DNA of 64,000 nucleotides from Octopus sinensis (taxonomy: Eukaryota): the NCBI RefSeq assembly GCF_006345805.1, contig NC_043006.1:102920001-102984000 (forward strand), in the 5' to 3' direction. The translations under genes and the position numbers were made by a program. Positions 1-12,031 of the stretch are shown here, piece after piece. The notes beneath the pieces were generated by a model, which saw nothing but the letters and a program-made list of their open reading frames with translations, was not told the DNA's origin and did not search any database. The first letter of the stretch is position 1. Each line of letters begins with the position of its first letter.

Positions 1-129
1 TATATATATATATATATATATAAGGATAAGATCGATGTTTAAATTCCGATCTTATCAGGTGGCCAGCAAGGGAACAAAAGAAACCTTCAAATGTAATAAT
101 TACTTAAAATAATAATTTAGGGTATCTAA

Positions 130-374
130 GAGATACCACCACGCTGGAAATAGCAGTCAAAACTTGACTCTAAAACCACATTAAATGTTGATACAGCCCC
201 AGGAGAGAAGACAAAGAGACAAAATGCACAGTCAGAAATCCGGCATCTGGAATTATCCAGTAACTTTTTTGCTAGTTTATTTTGTCTCTTTGTCTTCTCT
301 CCTGGTGCTGTAGGAACATTTAATGTGGTTTTAGAGTCAAGTTTTGACTGCTATTTCCAGCGTGGTGGTATCTC
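130..374. repeat. Long inverted repeat (~96-bp arms 130-225 / 279-374, ~53-bp spacer), probable Penelope-like fold-back relic
   Basis: GAGATACCACCACGCTGGAAATAGCAGTC...GACAAAAT is the reverse complement of ATTTTGTC...GACTGCTATTTCCAGCGTGGTGGTATCTC, with few mismatches. Confidence 0.9.
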
Positions 375-599
375 ACTCAGATCTCAAATCTGCTTAGTCA
401 AGGCTGACTTGACGTTTAACAAGAGTAAGAAAGCAGATACTTACATACATCATCTAACTCCATCAACCGTTAACTCGTCTCGTTTTTAATGTGCTACGAT
501 GTGAAAGCGGGTTCTACTGACGTCATCAAGGAAATAAGAGTAGAAAACACAACAAACAAGCAAAAAGCAAATATAAAACAAAATGATACAAAATCGTAT

Positions 600-975
600 G
601 CGCAGGCGTGGCTGAGTGGTAAGAAGCTTGCTTCTCAGCCATAGGGTCGTCGGTTCAGTCTTACTGCGTGGTACTTTGGACTAGTGTCTTCTTCTATAGC
701 CTAGGGCCGACCAAAGTCTTGTGAGTGGATTTGGTAGACGGTGTGTGTGTGTGTGTGTGTCGTTGTGTCTGTGCTTGTCTCTCACCACCGCTTGACAACC
801 GGTTAGTTTGCTTACGACCCCGTAAGCTAGAGGATCGGCAAAAGAAACCGATAGAATAGGTGCCAGCCCTAAAAAAAGGACTGGGGTCAATTAGTTCGAC
901 TAAAAACTCTTCTAGGCGGTGCATTGGCATGGCCGCAGACTAATGAATGAATTAGTGAAAGAGAAAAGATAAGAA
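600..975 (+). mobile_element. tRNA-derived SINE, family A (head GCGCAGGCGTGGCTGAGTGGTAAG)
   Basis: A-box and B-box-like head (GGTTCAGTC), internal (GT)n, tail GCATGGCCGCAG...; co-linear with copies at 37045, 22945 and 57280. Confidence 0.85.
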
Positions 976-1269
976 AAATACATCTAAATTAATGTATTCT
1001 GTTGTGTCTGGGGAGAGTCCCCAGACACAGCAGAACATGCTTCAATATACGAACTCCCATAAAAAATCTTGCGAACCAAATCCCAAAACGAAATATAAAT
1101 TAATGTACAAATTGTTAAATAGATATATTTAGCGAATTTAAAGACGACCATTCTTTGAATATTTCATAAAATATTTACAGAGTGATCGTCTGTAAATTCG
1201 CTATAAGTGGTTGTTAGTATTGAGTAAGACACAGATATGTGAGCGTAGACTCTGAGGCTCATAGGAAAA

Positions 1270-1845
1270 AAAAATTCAAGTAATTTGGACCATTGAGTGT
1301 AGCATAAAAAAAGAGTAGTTCAGCTAATCCATTTGATGATCAGCCAAACCACACTCCTTGTAAATTAATATGATGTTTCATGTAGTATGTGCATTATCGG
1401 GTCCGTAGTGGGTACAATTGGGACAGTTAAGTGAGTTATTTACTTTAAATATGGTCTCGTCACTCCAAATGTTCTGTGTTGGAAATATGCAACTTCTACA
1501 CATCTTGCCAAATACCACTCTCAGAATTCTAATTTCCCGTCTGCACCAACTTCACCGAGAGCATAGAATATTTTTGGAATATAACTTTTCCAAGAACAAC
1601 TCTTCAAAAGGCGATGGACGCTTGGTTTTGAAGTCCCGCTTTCCCGACTCGTATGCCGTGCAGATTTTCTAGTAGTCTGGAAATAGATTTTTTTGTCCTC
1701 TTCCTTGCATTGTGGTGCTCTAAAATGTCCGTGGACTCCTGGAACTTTTCCTTTCGACATACTGAACAATTTCATCTGCTTCAAACTTGTCTGTCTACAA
1801 TTCGAGTGACAGTAAGTTGCGTCGGTGGTTCTGTTTGAAATACCC
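1270..1845 (-). pseudogene. Degenerate IS630-Tc1-mariner superfamily transposase (Tc3-like) relic
   Basis: Minus-strand frames give KLEF*EWYLARC, WSDETIFKVNNSLNCPNCTHYGPDNAH and HINLQGVWFG...FFYATLNGPNYL, resembling the WSDEA-F-LNG-VNRHNC-YW catalytic segment; many stops and frameshifts. Confidence 0.65.
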
Positions 1846-1968
1846 TACTTATTATATTATATTATAGTATAGTATAGTATAGTATAATATATTATCTTAT
1901 CTTATCTTATCTTTCATATATACATTACGAGTCGAGACAGATGTCGTCAGCTGACCGGTGTCTGCTAC

Positions 1969-2013
1969 TCTAGGCCGACGAAGGACAATCATCTTGAAAC
2001 ACGTGTCCCTAGA
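1969..2013 (+). ncRNA. Minimal type I hammerhead ribozyme motif (U4C variant)
   Basis: Stem I TCTAGG/CCTAGA (6 bp perfect); core CCGACGA; stem II AGGA/TCTT; GAAAC-ACGT-GTC with palindromic loop III. Confidence 0.7.
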
Positions 2014-2267
2014 TGCAGCCCGGGCGGCCGGGGGTATTTGTCTCCCATTCGTAAATGTATATAAGGACATAGGGAAAATGTGTCAAAGCCATCAGGAGGC
2101 GTCGATGCTTCCTAGGGCTAAACAGCGGTGGTGTACCCCCCTACAGTCACGTTCGTGTTAGATTGACAGTATACAACCATTCTATCACCCCACCACCGTA
2201 CATGTCTCTACGAGAGATTTAGAAATTTAATATTTCTGACATATATTATTCTGTTTTATTTGAAAGC

Positions 2268-2430
2268 CACATGGCCTAGTGATTAGGGTTTTGCACGCAA
2301 GATGGTGGTTTCAATTCCTAGACCAGGCGGTACGTTGCTATTTTGAGCAAAACACCTCATCTCATGTTGCTCTACGATCTCTGTGACACCTGACGCATTG
2401 TACACCGCTCAGACTACGTCGATTTGATGT
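2268..2430 (+). mobile_element. Degenerate tRNA-derived SINE (TTGAGCAARACAC central-domain type)
   Basis: ACATGGCCTAGTGATTAGGG head, GGTTTCAATTCC B-box, TTGAGCAAAACACCTCATC domain. Confidence 0.6.
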
Positions 2431-3479
2431 GCAGCACGATCATTTACTTCTTAACAACTCAAGTCATTATAAATACTCATAAAACAAAGTGCATGCTTAC
2501 ACCTGCATTTTCATTTATCTACAGAGACACATAAGCACAAAGGCATGTGTATATAACCATACATTTGTACATTTTTGTGGCTTTAGGCAGGCGCAAGTTA
2601 TTCTATCCGAGAGCGGTCATATTGATGGGATTAATTTTTAATTTCAACAGTTAGATGTTGAACTCTGTAGAGTATAACGTCGTCGAAAATCTCCCAAATT
2701 AAACATTTTAATACACAAAATATATTATATTGGAGGCTTAACGATTTAGAAAAGGAGAATTGGGGAGAGTGATTCATGCGGAACTCAAGAAAGGAAGTAC
2801 ACAATAAAAGAAAAAGAATAAAGGATAATGTGTTGGATGAGCTTGATGTTCTGATGGAAAGGGATGTGAAGCAAAACCGAAACCTTGGGTAGACCAGAGC
2901 CTGACGTTTTGTCCCCTGACACGTATCTGGCCAGATTACTCTCCCTAGGAGACTGGCTCTACTGTGTATAAACATCTTCAATTGCCAGTTCTCTGCGTGT
3001 GGGAAGGGCTCGAGATGCTGTAGGTAATGACGTATGCCTGGGCTACAGCTATCTCGTTTCTCCCCTCTCCCTGCCCCTCTCTCAATCTAGACACCACATG
3101 CCAAATCTACCATGTTTCCATGTACAGAAACTAAGACAGTATCCCAAGATGAAGACATGGATAATCTCACATATTCCAACTGCAAAACTAGACAAAACAA
3201 AAATACAGGTATTATTCATCTCACGGAAATATCGAACGATGCGAACCCCAAAATTAACAGCACGCAAATGGAAACCCCATAACTCTTCCAAATGTTATGC
3301 CCCTTAGATACCAAAGACGTCTTCTGCTGAAACATACCCTTAATGTAACTAGGATCAAATCCCAAAGATTTGCTTTTGTTTCCGGGACCAGTAAATATTT
3401 CACTGACAATATAGAAAGCTCAAGTGAGGCCCTCAACGGTGTATTGCTCCCTCATTTGGGACAGTGCTGCTAATGCATC

Positions 3480-3760
3480 TCCTGTGTCATCTCTTGTGAA
3501 AGGTAGAAGAGTCCAGTTTGCTGGACATTGGTGTAGAGCTGAAAACGAGGCAATTTCTACTCTTCTCCTCCGGAAGGCATCTACTCGCAATACCAGAGGG
3601 CGCACACTCTCCTACCCTGATGTAATCTCCAGGGATACAGGCATCCAGCAACAGGACCTCTGTAATGCTATGATGGACCGTGAAGTCTGGTGTAACATAG
3701 TAAATTCCATTGTCTCGACCACGGTCGAACAATGATGATGCTGCTGCTGCTGCTGCTAAT
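3480..3760 (+). mobile_element. RTE-like LINE 3' end (RT C-terminus plus microsatellite tail)
   Basis: RRVQFAGHWCRAE...LSYPDVISRDTG...AMMDREVW* resembles the RTE ORF C-terminus; (TGA/TGC)n tail follows the stop. Confidence 0.7.
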
Positions 3761-3859
3761 GCACACAGATGTCTCCAAGACTGTATTCAGTGTTAAGTTA
3801 TTCGACTGATCAGCATAAAATTACTCACAGACACATTCCTGCCATTTGATTAACAACAG

Positions 3860-4025
3860 AGCGGTTTCCTCTCCATGCTTTCTCTACAGCTACAGTCTCA
3901 TTGTTGCCAACGGAGTGGACTATAGCAACGTGAAACAAAGCGTCTTGCTCAAGGCCACAACGCATCACAGAGTATCAAACACATGCCCGTGAGTCGAACA
4001 CCCTTACCACTAAGCCACGTGCCAT
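3860..4025 (-). mobile_element. Degenerate tRNA-derived SINE
   Basis: Reverse strand GGCACGTGGCTTAGTGGTAAGGG...TTCGACTC...CCTTGAGCAAGACGC. Confidence 0.6.
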
Positions 4026-4457
4026 CACATGTTGTAAATTTGGTGTCATTTTGTCAGGCATCTCATTCTCTCAATCTCTCTCTTTCCCCTTTCTCTCCCT
4101 CTATTTTATTTCTCTCTCCTTCTGCAGCGGGGCCACCCCAACTCAGGCCTTTCCGTTTTGCTTCCTCTCATCATCTATGTTTGTGTCCAACCGTCCAGGA
4201 TCTGCTTTAACCACAAACCGCCAGACCTTCTTCTCTAGAATCCTGACCCACCAGCATCACTCGTTTCTCTTGATTTACTTGCAAGTGCTGACTAGTAACA
4301 GTGTAATCAGGATTCTAACGACATCAATTACGCCAATTTAGGAAAGCTTGTTATGGCCCCCACTTTTGAGGGCCTATAAGATAAAGCACAAGTAATGTCT
4401 TGGGGCCAGAGTAATTGACTAAAATACCTACTTCAAAAAACATTAGAAATAATTATT

Positions 4458-4550
4458 GTCTTCTTCTTCTTCTTCTTCTTCTTCTTCCTCTTCCTCCTCC
4501 TCCTCCTCCTCCTCTTCTTCTTCTTCTTCTTCTTCACCACCACCACCACC
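4458..4550. repeat. Compound trinucleotide microsatellite (CTT)n(CCT)n(CTT)n(CAC)n
   Basis: Directly visible. Confidence 0.95.
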
Positions 4551-4777
4551 TGATCATGATGCTGATCATCATATCTGTATGTGCATATGAGTGTGTGCGT
4601 GTGTGCGTGCGTGTGTGTGTGTGTGTGTGTGTATGTGTGTGCGTGCGCGCGTGCGTGTGTATGGGCGCGCACGTGACATTATTTGAAAGAATGTTACAAA
4701 GCCGACACCATACGATTCAGCAAAATCTTTTCATTAGGTTCAGCTGAAAAATATCTTAACAGCTTCGAATACTAAGC

Positions 4778-4787
4778 AGAGAGAGAA

Positions 4788-4840
<53 letters not shown>

Positions 4841-5600
4841 AGAGAGAGATGGAGAGAGAGAGGGAGAGAGAGATAAAGAGAGAGTGAGAGAGAGTATGAG
4901 AGAGAGAGGGAGAGAGTGAGAGAGAGTATGAGAGAGAGAGGGAGAGAGTGAGAGAGAGTATGAGAGAGAGAGGGAGAGAGTGAGAGAGAGGGAGAGAGAG
5001 TGAGAGAGAGAGTGGGACAGAGAGAGTGAGAGAGAGAGTGTGTGAGAGAGAGATAGAGAGATAGAGAGAGAGATGTAGATAGGTTGGTGGGTAGGTAGGT
5101 GGGTGGGTAGGTGGGTAGGTAGTGAAGGTAGGTAGGTAGATAGACGGATGAATAGATAGAACAAGAGTGAGAGAAGGAGAGGGAGAGTTAAAGGAAAAGA
5201 GAAACCAGTAGAGGGAAAAGAGAGAGAGGTGACAGTAGCGATAAACGTAGAGAAAAATTGATGAAATGACAGAGAGAAAAGAGGGACAGGGAGAGATAGA
5301 GAGAGAGTATGTGTGTGTGAAAGAGAGAAAGAGATACACAGAGGACGAGAGAGAAAAGAGAGAGAAAGAGAGAGAGAGAGCCAGAGAGAAAGAAAGAGAA
5401 AGAGAGAGAAAAGAGAGAGAGAGAGCCAGAGAGAAAGAAAGAGAAAGAGAGAGAGAGAAAGAAATGGGAACAGAGAGAGAGAGAGAGAGACAGAGAGAAA
5501 GAAAGAGAAAGAGAGAGAGAGAGAGAAAGAAACGGGATCAGAGAGAAGGAGGAAGGGGAGAAGGAGGAAGGGGAGAAGGAGGAAGGAGAGAAGGAGGGGA
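4778..5600. repeat. Purine-rich (GA)n compound microsatellite with a ~28-bp sub-period and (GGTA)n
   Basis: GAGAGAGTATGAGAGAGAG(G)GGAGAGAGT repeated at ~4880-4990; GGAAGGGGAGAAGGA repeated at ~5550-5595. Confidence 0.95.
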
Positions 5601-6217
5601 TGGCAATGAAAAATATGAATTACGAAATAGGTAGTGTATTAAATTTTCAGTAAGTTTACCTGAGTAATTTCATTTTCAATTATTTGTTCAAAATTGAGAT
5701 CGGGATGCAACCGTCGTGCAGTCGATTTGGATAAAAATATCTTTACAAAATACAGCGAAATTAAATATTCTGAAATCAAAATCAATATTTAGCATTATTC
5801 AGCAAAAATCGTATGGAAATGTCACACACAACTAATGTGTGAATGTAAAGCATTGAACGGGGAACAATGCTAACATTTTCATTTCGTGAAAACCAGAAAT
5901 GATGTTTGGTTTGAAGGTGAAGTTAAGTGCATTTATAGTAAATATTTTAATAAAGTATTTAGCAAGTAGTCTTTAACATTTGCCGGCATTATAAGAAAGC
6001 AAAGAATGCAACAGAGTTGTGGTTGTCGTCGTTGTTTAGCCTCAGGACTGCTTTGATTTAGAAGACATATGATTAAAAATGCGCCAGTAAGTTTGATTGT
6101 TTTTTTCTCAAACTATATATCTGTGAAGGTGACTGACCCAGTGGTTAGTGCTAATGGGTTTACGAGCATAACGTCGTAGGTTCGACTTTTGGAGCTGACA
6201 GCACATTATGTCCATTA

Positions 6218-6448
6218 GGCGGCGAGCTGGCAGAAACGTTAGCGCGCCGGGCGAAATGCGTAGCCGTATTTCGTTTGTCGTTACGTTCTGAGTTCAAATT
6301 CTGCCGAGGTCGACTTTGCCTTTCATCCTTTCGGGGTCGATAAATAAAGTACCAGTTTCCCACTGGGGTCGATGTAATCGACTTAATCCCTTTGTCTGTC
6401 TTAGTTTGTCCCCTCTATGTTTAGCCCCTTGTGGGTAGTAAAGAAATA
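6218..6448 (+). mobile_element. tRNA-derived SINE, family B (head GGCGGCGAGCTGGCAGAAACGTTAG)
   Basis: B-box GAGTTCAAATTC, body GTCGATAAATAAAGTACCAG, 3' end GTAGTAAAGAAATA; many copies in the window. Confidence 0.9.
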
Positions 6449-7779
6449 CATCATGTCCATTTGACGTATATTATCCCAGTCCATTCAGCAGAAAACGAGT
6501 TCCAGTCAGCCAGCTCCTAAACAACTCCTCTTCGGCCTAGCTGTTACATTCTCATGTCCATTAGACCGATTTTGGAAAACCCCTGATCATACATACTCGC
6601 GTCCGACGGCTAAACGTACACACGACTCGTTCTTTATTCGTTGAGTGTTCTTCAAACACCTCTTGCATTCTATCTTGCCTGCTGGGGTGCTGGTGGTGAG
6701 AGGGAGGGGCTGAAAATCTTGTTACCTGGTCTCGAAGGACTGGTTGTTTCTTTTTTTTTTTTCAGGTGACAGACTGTAGAATTTGAATGCAGAACGAACA
6801 GAGCTGCAAAAAAGAAGAGAAAAAACTAGGGCTGACACCCTAACATCTGGCCATCACACCACCGGATCTGGTAGTTTAAATATCTAGCCCGATAGGTCGG
6901 CAGGCAAAGTTTACCGCAGCGGGATTTGAATTCAGTGCGCAAAGAACTGAAGCAAATCCCACGAGGTATTATATCCGACGCTCTAACGATTGCTATCCAG
7001 TGAGTTATTACTCTTTAAAACATTAGTATATGATCTGAGGGGGGTTTGCCCCCGTTATTTTTAATAGATCTATCGATCGACCACAAAGAATGTTTCTCAT
7101 TGCCTCGATGGTGATATGCAGCATTTCAGTATCCGTAAACAAACGAAAAAACGAGAGAGAGAGAGAAAGAAAGGAGACAAGAAACCGCGCGAAAGATAGG
7201 GAGAAAGAAAGAAAGGAAAGAAAGAGAGAGAGAGAGAGAGGGTCAGGGACAGAGAGACGTAGAAACAGAGAAAGGAAACGGAAGTGAGATAGTGAGAAAG
7301 AAAAAAACCAATAGAAAGGGCTACATAGATGGAAAAAGAGAGAATATGTGCGTGTCACAAGGAAAGAAAGAAAGAAAGAAAGAGTGAGAGAGAGAGAGAG
7401 AGGGGGGAGAGAGAAAGAGGGAGTTCGAAGGCAACATGGAGTTGTTCTTTGCAAGATCAACTAGTTATTAGGAATACATAACAGGAAACTAAAAACATGA
7501 CCGTCAATGTCTCCCGGCGGAGGAAAAGTTGCTGTTACTGGATGAGTCGAGTACTAATAATGTTAATATGATTCTGTTCGTGGAGTTACGCTGTTTGGAT
7601 ATTAATCTATTTAATTGATGACATCAAAAGCAATTACATGATTTAGAAATATAAAGGACATATAAAACGAAATCGCAATAATATCATCATCAAATGAAAC
7701 GCTAGCGAGAATTTAATGCTATATAAAAGTTAGAGAATAAGTGAGAATAATGGATAAATAACCGCCACCACTAACACCA

Positions 7780-7820
7780 CCACAACCACCACTACTACTA
7801 CTACTACTGCTGCTGCTGCA

Positions 7821-7856
<36 letters not shown>

Positions 7857-7996
7857 GCTACTACTACTACTACTACTACTACTACTAAAACAATAATGAT
7901 AAATATGAATTATAGTACTCCGTCCACAACATACAAATAATTAGCAGCAGAAGAACTGTACTCATTACGTAGAGTACATTCAACATAATATAAAAA

Positions 7997-8058
<62 letters not shown>

Positions 8059-8234
8059 TAAAACGAAGCATAACATCGCCTGTAGTCATGGTACACACAG
8101 CAGCGCGAAATTTTATATTGAAATAACACAATGAAACTAAGATAATGATAATAATAATAATAATAATAATAATGAGGTTGATGACGACGTCGACGACGAT
8201 GATGATGATGAGGAGGAGGAGGAGGAGGGGGAAG

Positions 8235-8283
<49 letters not shown>
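7780..8283. repeat. Microsatellite cluster (CTA)n, (CA)n, (TAA/GAT/GAG)n
   Basis: Directly visible. Confidence 0.95.
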
Positions 8284-8781
8284 GTGTTATCATGTACATT
8301 GTTTTTGTCTTCCTATAAAAGATGGGCTACAGCAAATATTCTGCTTAATACCACAGATTTGCTCGTCAGCTGTTTGACCTTAACTGGTTGAGCATGTCCC
8401 TTGGTGACTGACGATATGTGCATCTCCCATCACGAGCAGAATTAGTGGGAGAGCATCAAAGCCATGCGCTGAGAAGAATTCTTTGGGGTTTGAATGATTC
8501 ACCTCTGGAAACACTGGTGTTTCGTTCAACACCCTTAAACAACTCTTATTCGGGGACCTTTTGAGCAGGATGGACTACTCGTCCTGAAGAAAATTCTAAT
8601 TGGGCTCCACCTGCAAGGTCATGCACTGTTTATCTTGATATGAGATCACCGTGTCGCGCACATATGGTTGAGATGCATGTGTCTGGTGTACCCTTATCAG
8701 ACGGGTCATCATGGTGGGTATACTGGGCTTCATAAATTTTATCCCAGTGTCACTTTGATGGCATGCACTGCTATCTCTCAC
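8284..8781 (+). mobile_element. ~500-bp non-coding retroelement fragment flanked on both sides by (TAA)n-type repeats
   Basis: Starts after (TAA)n and ends GCATGCACTGCTATCTCTCAC before (A/G)AT repeats; the same 3' end recurs at 28789-28843. Confidence 0.65.
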
Positions 8782-8835
8782 GATAATAACAATAATAATG
8801 ATAATCTTCATAATGATGATGATAATGATGATGAA

Positions 8836-8868
<33 letters not shown>

Positions 8869-9009
8869 AATAATATCAATGTTTTCTTTATTAACCACTA
8901 AGGGTTCACAAATATCATTAGGTACGGTACAGAGCAATACAACGTGGGGTTACATAAATGCATCTAAAAAGTAAAACAAAAACTGTGCCAATATAAAATT
9001 ATAACAACG

Positions 9010-9460
9010 AATAATTCTTCAAAAGCGGGAGACTTCCGAGGGCTGTTCGTGAGAACCCGCAATACTACGGTCACCCTAACCTCTAAGGCAAGTGCCCTCA
9101 TCAAAATGCCTCATTCAACCTACAGGCACAGGCTTAGAGCAGGTCCGTTCACTTGTACCATTAGTGCAACATTCACCCACCTTTTAACAAAAGAGCTGGG
9201 GTGGGGGGACTTCCCTTTCCACCTTTATTTTCCTTGGCCAAAGAGGAAAGTAATGCCTTCAGTCCTTTCAATCTTGACCACACCCAACCTCTTCCGCTAA
9301 GGCCACCAGGCAGAAAATAAACACTGCTTGTTCTTCCCGGTCAAAGAAAGGAGGGACGATCTTCACCACAATTTCAGCCGATAGCTGGATCTATCCTACA
9401 CGTGACAGCAGGTCTCCGACATAACCCCGCAAACACTCGAATAATTATCTCATCTGCTGA
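9010..9460 (-). mobile_element. Tx1/L1-type LINE ORF2 C-terminal relic and 3' end
   Basis: Minus-strand frames VKIVPPFFDREEQAV... and FVKRWVNVALMVQVNGPALSL resemble the C-terminus of the LINE type seen at 31250-32134 (recognition, not an alignment). Confidence 0.5.
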
Positions 9461-9989
9461 TGTTATTCACTCTTGAACAGTTCCCTCCCTAGCAGTAAAA
9501 GTAGATTCTATCCTCGGACGACTTAATCAATTAAACTTATCTTCGGATACTGGACAAGAGCGTACATAACAGTTTCGTTTCGGGCCTATAGAATTTATCC
9601 TGAACCCATAGCACAGCTATATTTACTATTCATTAAACAGACAATAAATGTGAATTTTAGATTTATGGTAATTATCCATAGGCTTCCAAACTCCTCTGGA
9701 ACAGACCAGCCAGTTCAGTCGTTGAGAACGTCATCGCACTTGCCCGCCACTAACCCTCTGCAGAACGTCAGAGTGGCACTTCTATCGACCACATTGCACG
9801 TAGCACAAGGCTAGCAATTTTTAGGGGAGGGGGTTAAGTCGATTATATTGACCCAGTGATGAGCTGGTACTTATTTAATCGACTTTGAAAGGACAAACTA
9901 ACCTCGGCGGAACTTGAATAACGATGATGGAAATAATTAAAGATCAACGTTTAAAGCAATTAACGATAACCGAAAATGAGGTGCAATTA

Positions 9990-10240
9990 AATGAAACAGA
10001 AGGGCCCTCAGTGAAAGAAAAACACATACAAGCCAAATCACACAGAATTATCAGAGCTGCGAAATACATGGGAGAATGAATTATTATATAGCAAATAGTC
10101 TTCAAGGGCAACGATTCTGGTACCGATATAAAGTGGATTCATTAGTGGTTCACTACATCTGGATTTAAGCTAGAAACAGATAGCTTCCTAATAGCAGATC
10201 AGGATCAGTGCCTGTCCTCAAGAAATTACCAATCCAACTT
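9990..10240 (+). mobile_element. R4/Dong-clade non-LTR retrotransposon fragment
   Basis: SGFKLETDSFLIADQDQCLSSRNYQ resembles the L-ETEG-I-AAQDQ-L-TRNYQ motif preceding the CCHC/REL domain. Confidence 0.65.
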
Positions 10241-10929
10241 CCTCTTAGATTCATCTCATTGAATAACTGATAGAAATTTTGTCGACTCCGCTGCGATGAA
10301 CGACAAAATAATTTCGACAGGAACTGAAATTCGGAACGGGGAGTAGTTTTTATCTAATATCACAAAGCAATTTCTTCGACACTCCAACGGTTGTGCCAGT
10401 CCAGATTATTGTTACCACTATCATTACCATCGATAACACCACAAGCACCACCCCAAGCACTACCGGCACTACAACCAGAAATGCTAGTACTGCTAGTACT
10501 GCTATAAATACGGTGACAACTACCAAAGCATATTTCTATTGAATTAGTTTCACTTAAACACAATGCAAGCACCATTCAAAGGAATGCCATCCACTTCATT
10601 GGTACGACTTTTCTTTAATTATGTCTCCAGCGTCCAAGTGATTGGTGGGACACCTCTTTTGGCAACTGCGACAGTCTCAACTCCTTCGAAGGTTTCTGAT
10701 AGTATAAACTGAAAACCAAAACGACATTCGTTTCCATGAATTCATCGGCACGCGCATTCAGACAGACAGACAGACACACACACACACACACACACACGCG
10801 CACACAGATACACAAATACTCTCTCTCTCACACTCACACACACACAAGCATGCACATATATAAACATATACCTACATGTGTACGCACAGCCCATTATATC
10901 GCAGTGGAAAAAAATACAGTTTAGGTAAT

Positions 10930-11492
10930 ATTGGTTTCCGATTTTGGCACAAGACTAACATTTTCGGAGAAGGGGCTATTTCGATTACATCGACCCCAGT
11001 ACTTAACTGGCACTTATTTTATCGATCCGAAGGATGAAAGGCAAAGCCGACTTCGGCGGAATTTGAACTAAACGCATAAAAACGGACGAATACCTGTTTC
11101 TTTATTACCCACAAGGAGCTAACATAGAGGGGACAAACAAGGACAGACAAACGGATTAAGTCGATTACATCGACCCCAGTGCGTAACTGGTACTTAATTT
11201 ATCGACCCCGAAAGGATGAAAGGCAAAGTCGATCTCGGCGGAATTTGAACTCAGAACGTAGCGGCAGACGAAATACCTATTTCTTTACTACCCACAAGAG
11301 GCTAAACACAGAGGGGACGAACAAGGACAGACAAACGGATTAATTCGATTATATCGACCCCAGTGCGTAACTGGTACTTATTTAATCGACCCCGAAAGGA
11401 TGAAAGGCGGAATTTGAACTCAGAACGTAGCGGCAGACGAAATACCGCTAAACATTTCGCCCGTGTGGTAACGATTCTGCCAGCTCGCCGCC
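10930..11492 (-). mobile_element. Head-to-tail concatemer of family B SINE (~180-184-bp period, 3 units)
   Basis: GATTA(C/T)ATCGACCCCAGT at 10983, 11163 and 11347; an intact head is present only at the 11492 end. Confidence 0.9.
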
Positions 11493-12031
11493 TTAAGTTT
11501 GATTAATATTAAGGTAATTACGCTGGTAGAATCATACCCAGTAACCAAAGTAGACGTGAAACGTGATCCAAGTGGTTGATGTCTTTATTTACATACGAAA
11601 AAATATACATTAAATAATATGATATACGCACAAATCACAAATGTAAGTCTACCTCCAGAAACACACATACACACACAACCATGGCAGTTTTATTTAGCGA
11701 ACATTCAACATTGTAATATTTTCGTACAACTTTTATACAAATAGCCAACATTTATATGCAGTGTTCATAATTTGTTCTGAACGCAACATTTCACAAAATC
11801 TTTTTGAATATGTGTTGGGAATTTTTGTTTCTTCAGTTTTCAGATCAATAAAGTTTTAGGAATAAAAAAGTAAATCTAAGAATATTTACACCAGACGCTG
11901 CATCAAAACGAAGCCATTAACATCGCTATTTTAGCGGCGTAGATTCAAACCTAGCGCGAACAGCCAAATTTTGGCGGTCACAAAAGCAACAGCACTTTTC
12001 TTGCATCATGTGTGCAATATAATTTTTCCGT

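Noticed and set aside
1130-1203. 25-bp imperfect inverted repeat
   Set aside because: Real but short, with no ribozyme core or TSD; insufficient to assign.
2845-2900. Hammerhead-like CTGATGG...CCGAAAC..GGTA
   Set aside because: Core A9 absent, and stems I and II do not pair convincingly.
6745-6875. Strong poly-T...CAG splice-acceptor-like site followed by protein-like LNAERTELQKRREK
   Set aside because: In-frame TAG four codons in, no recognisable homology and no partner exons.
10620-10725. Minus-strand acceptor-like TTTTGGTTTTCAG then FILSETFEGVETVAVAKRG
   Set aside because: Short, weak donor, no recognisable family; cannot be supported without RNA-seq.
10930-11492. Regularly spaced repeats as a CRISPR-like array
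   Set aside because: The units are SINE sequence with no unique spacers; eukaryotic context and no cas genes.
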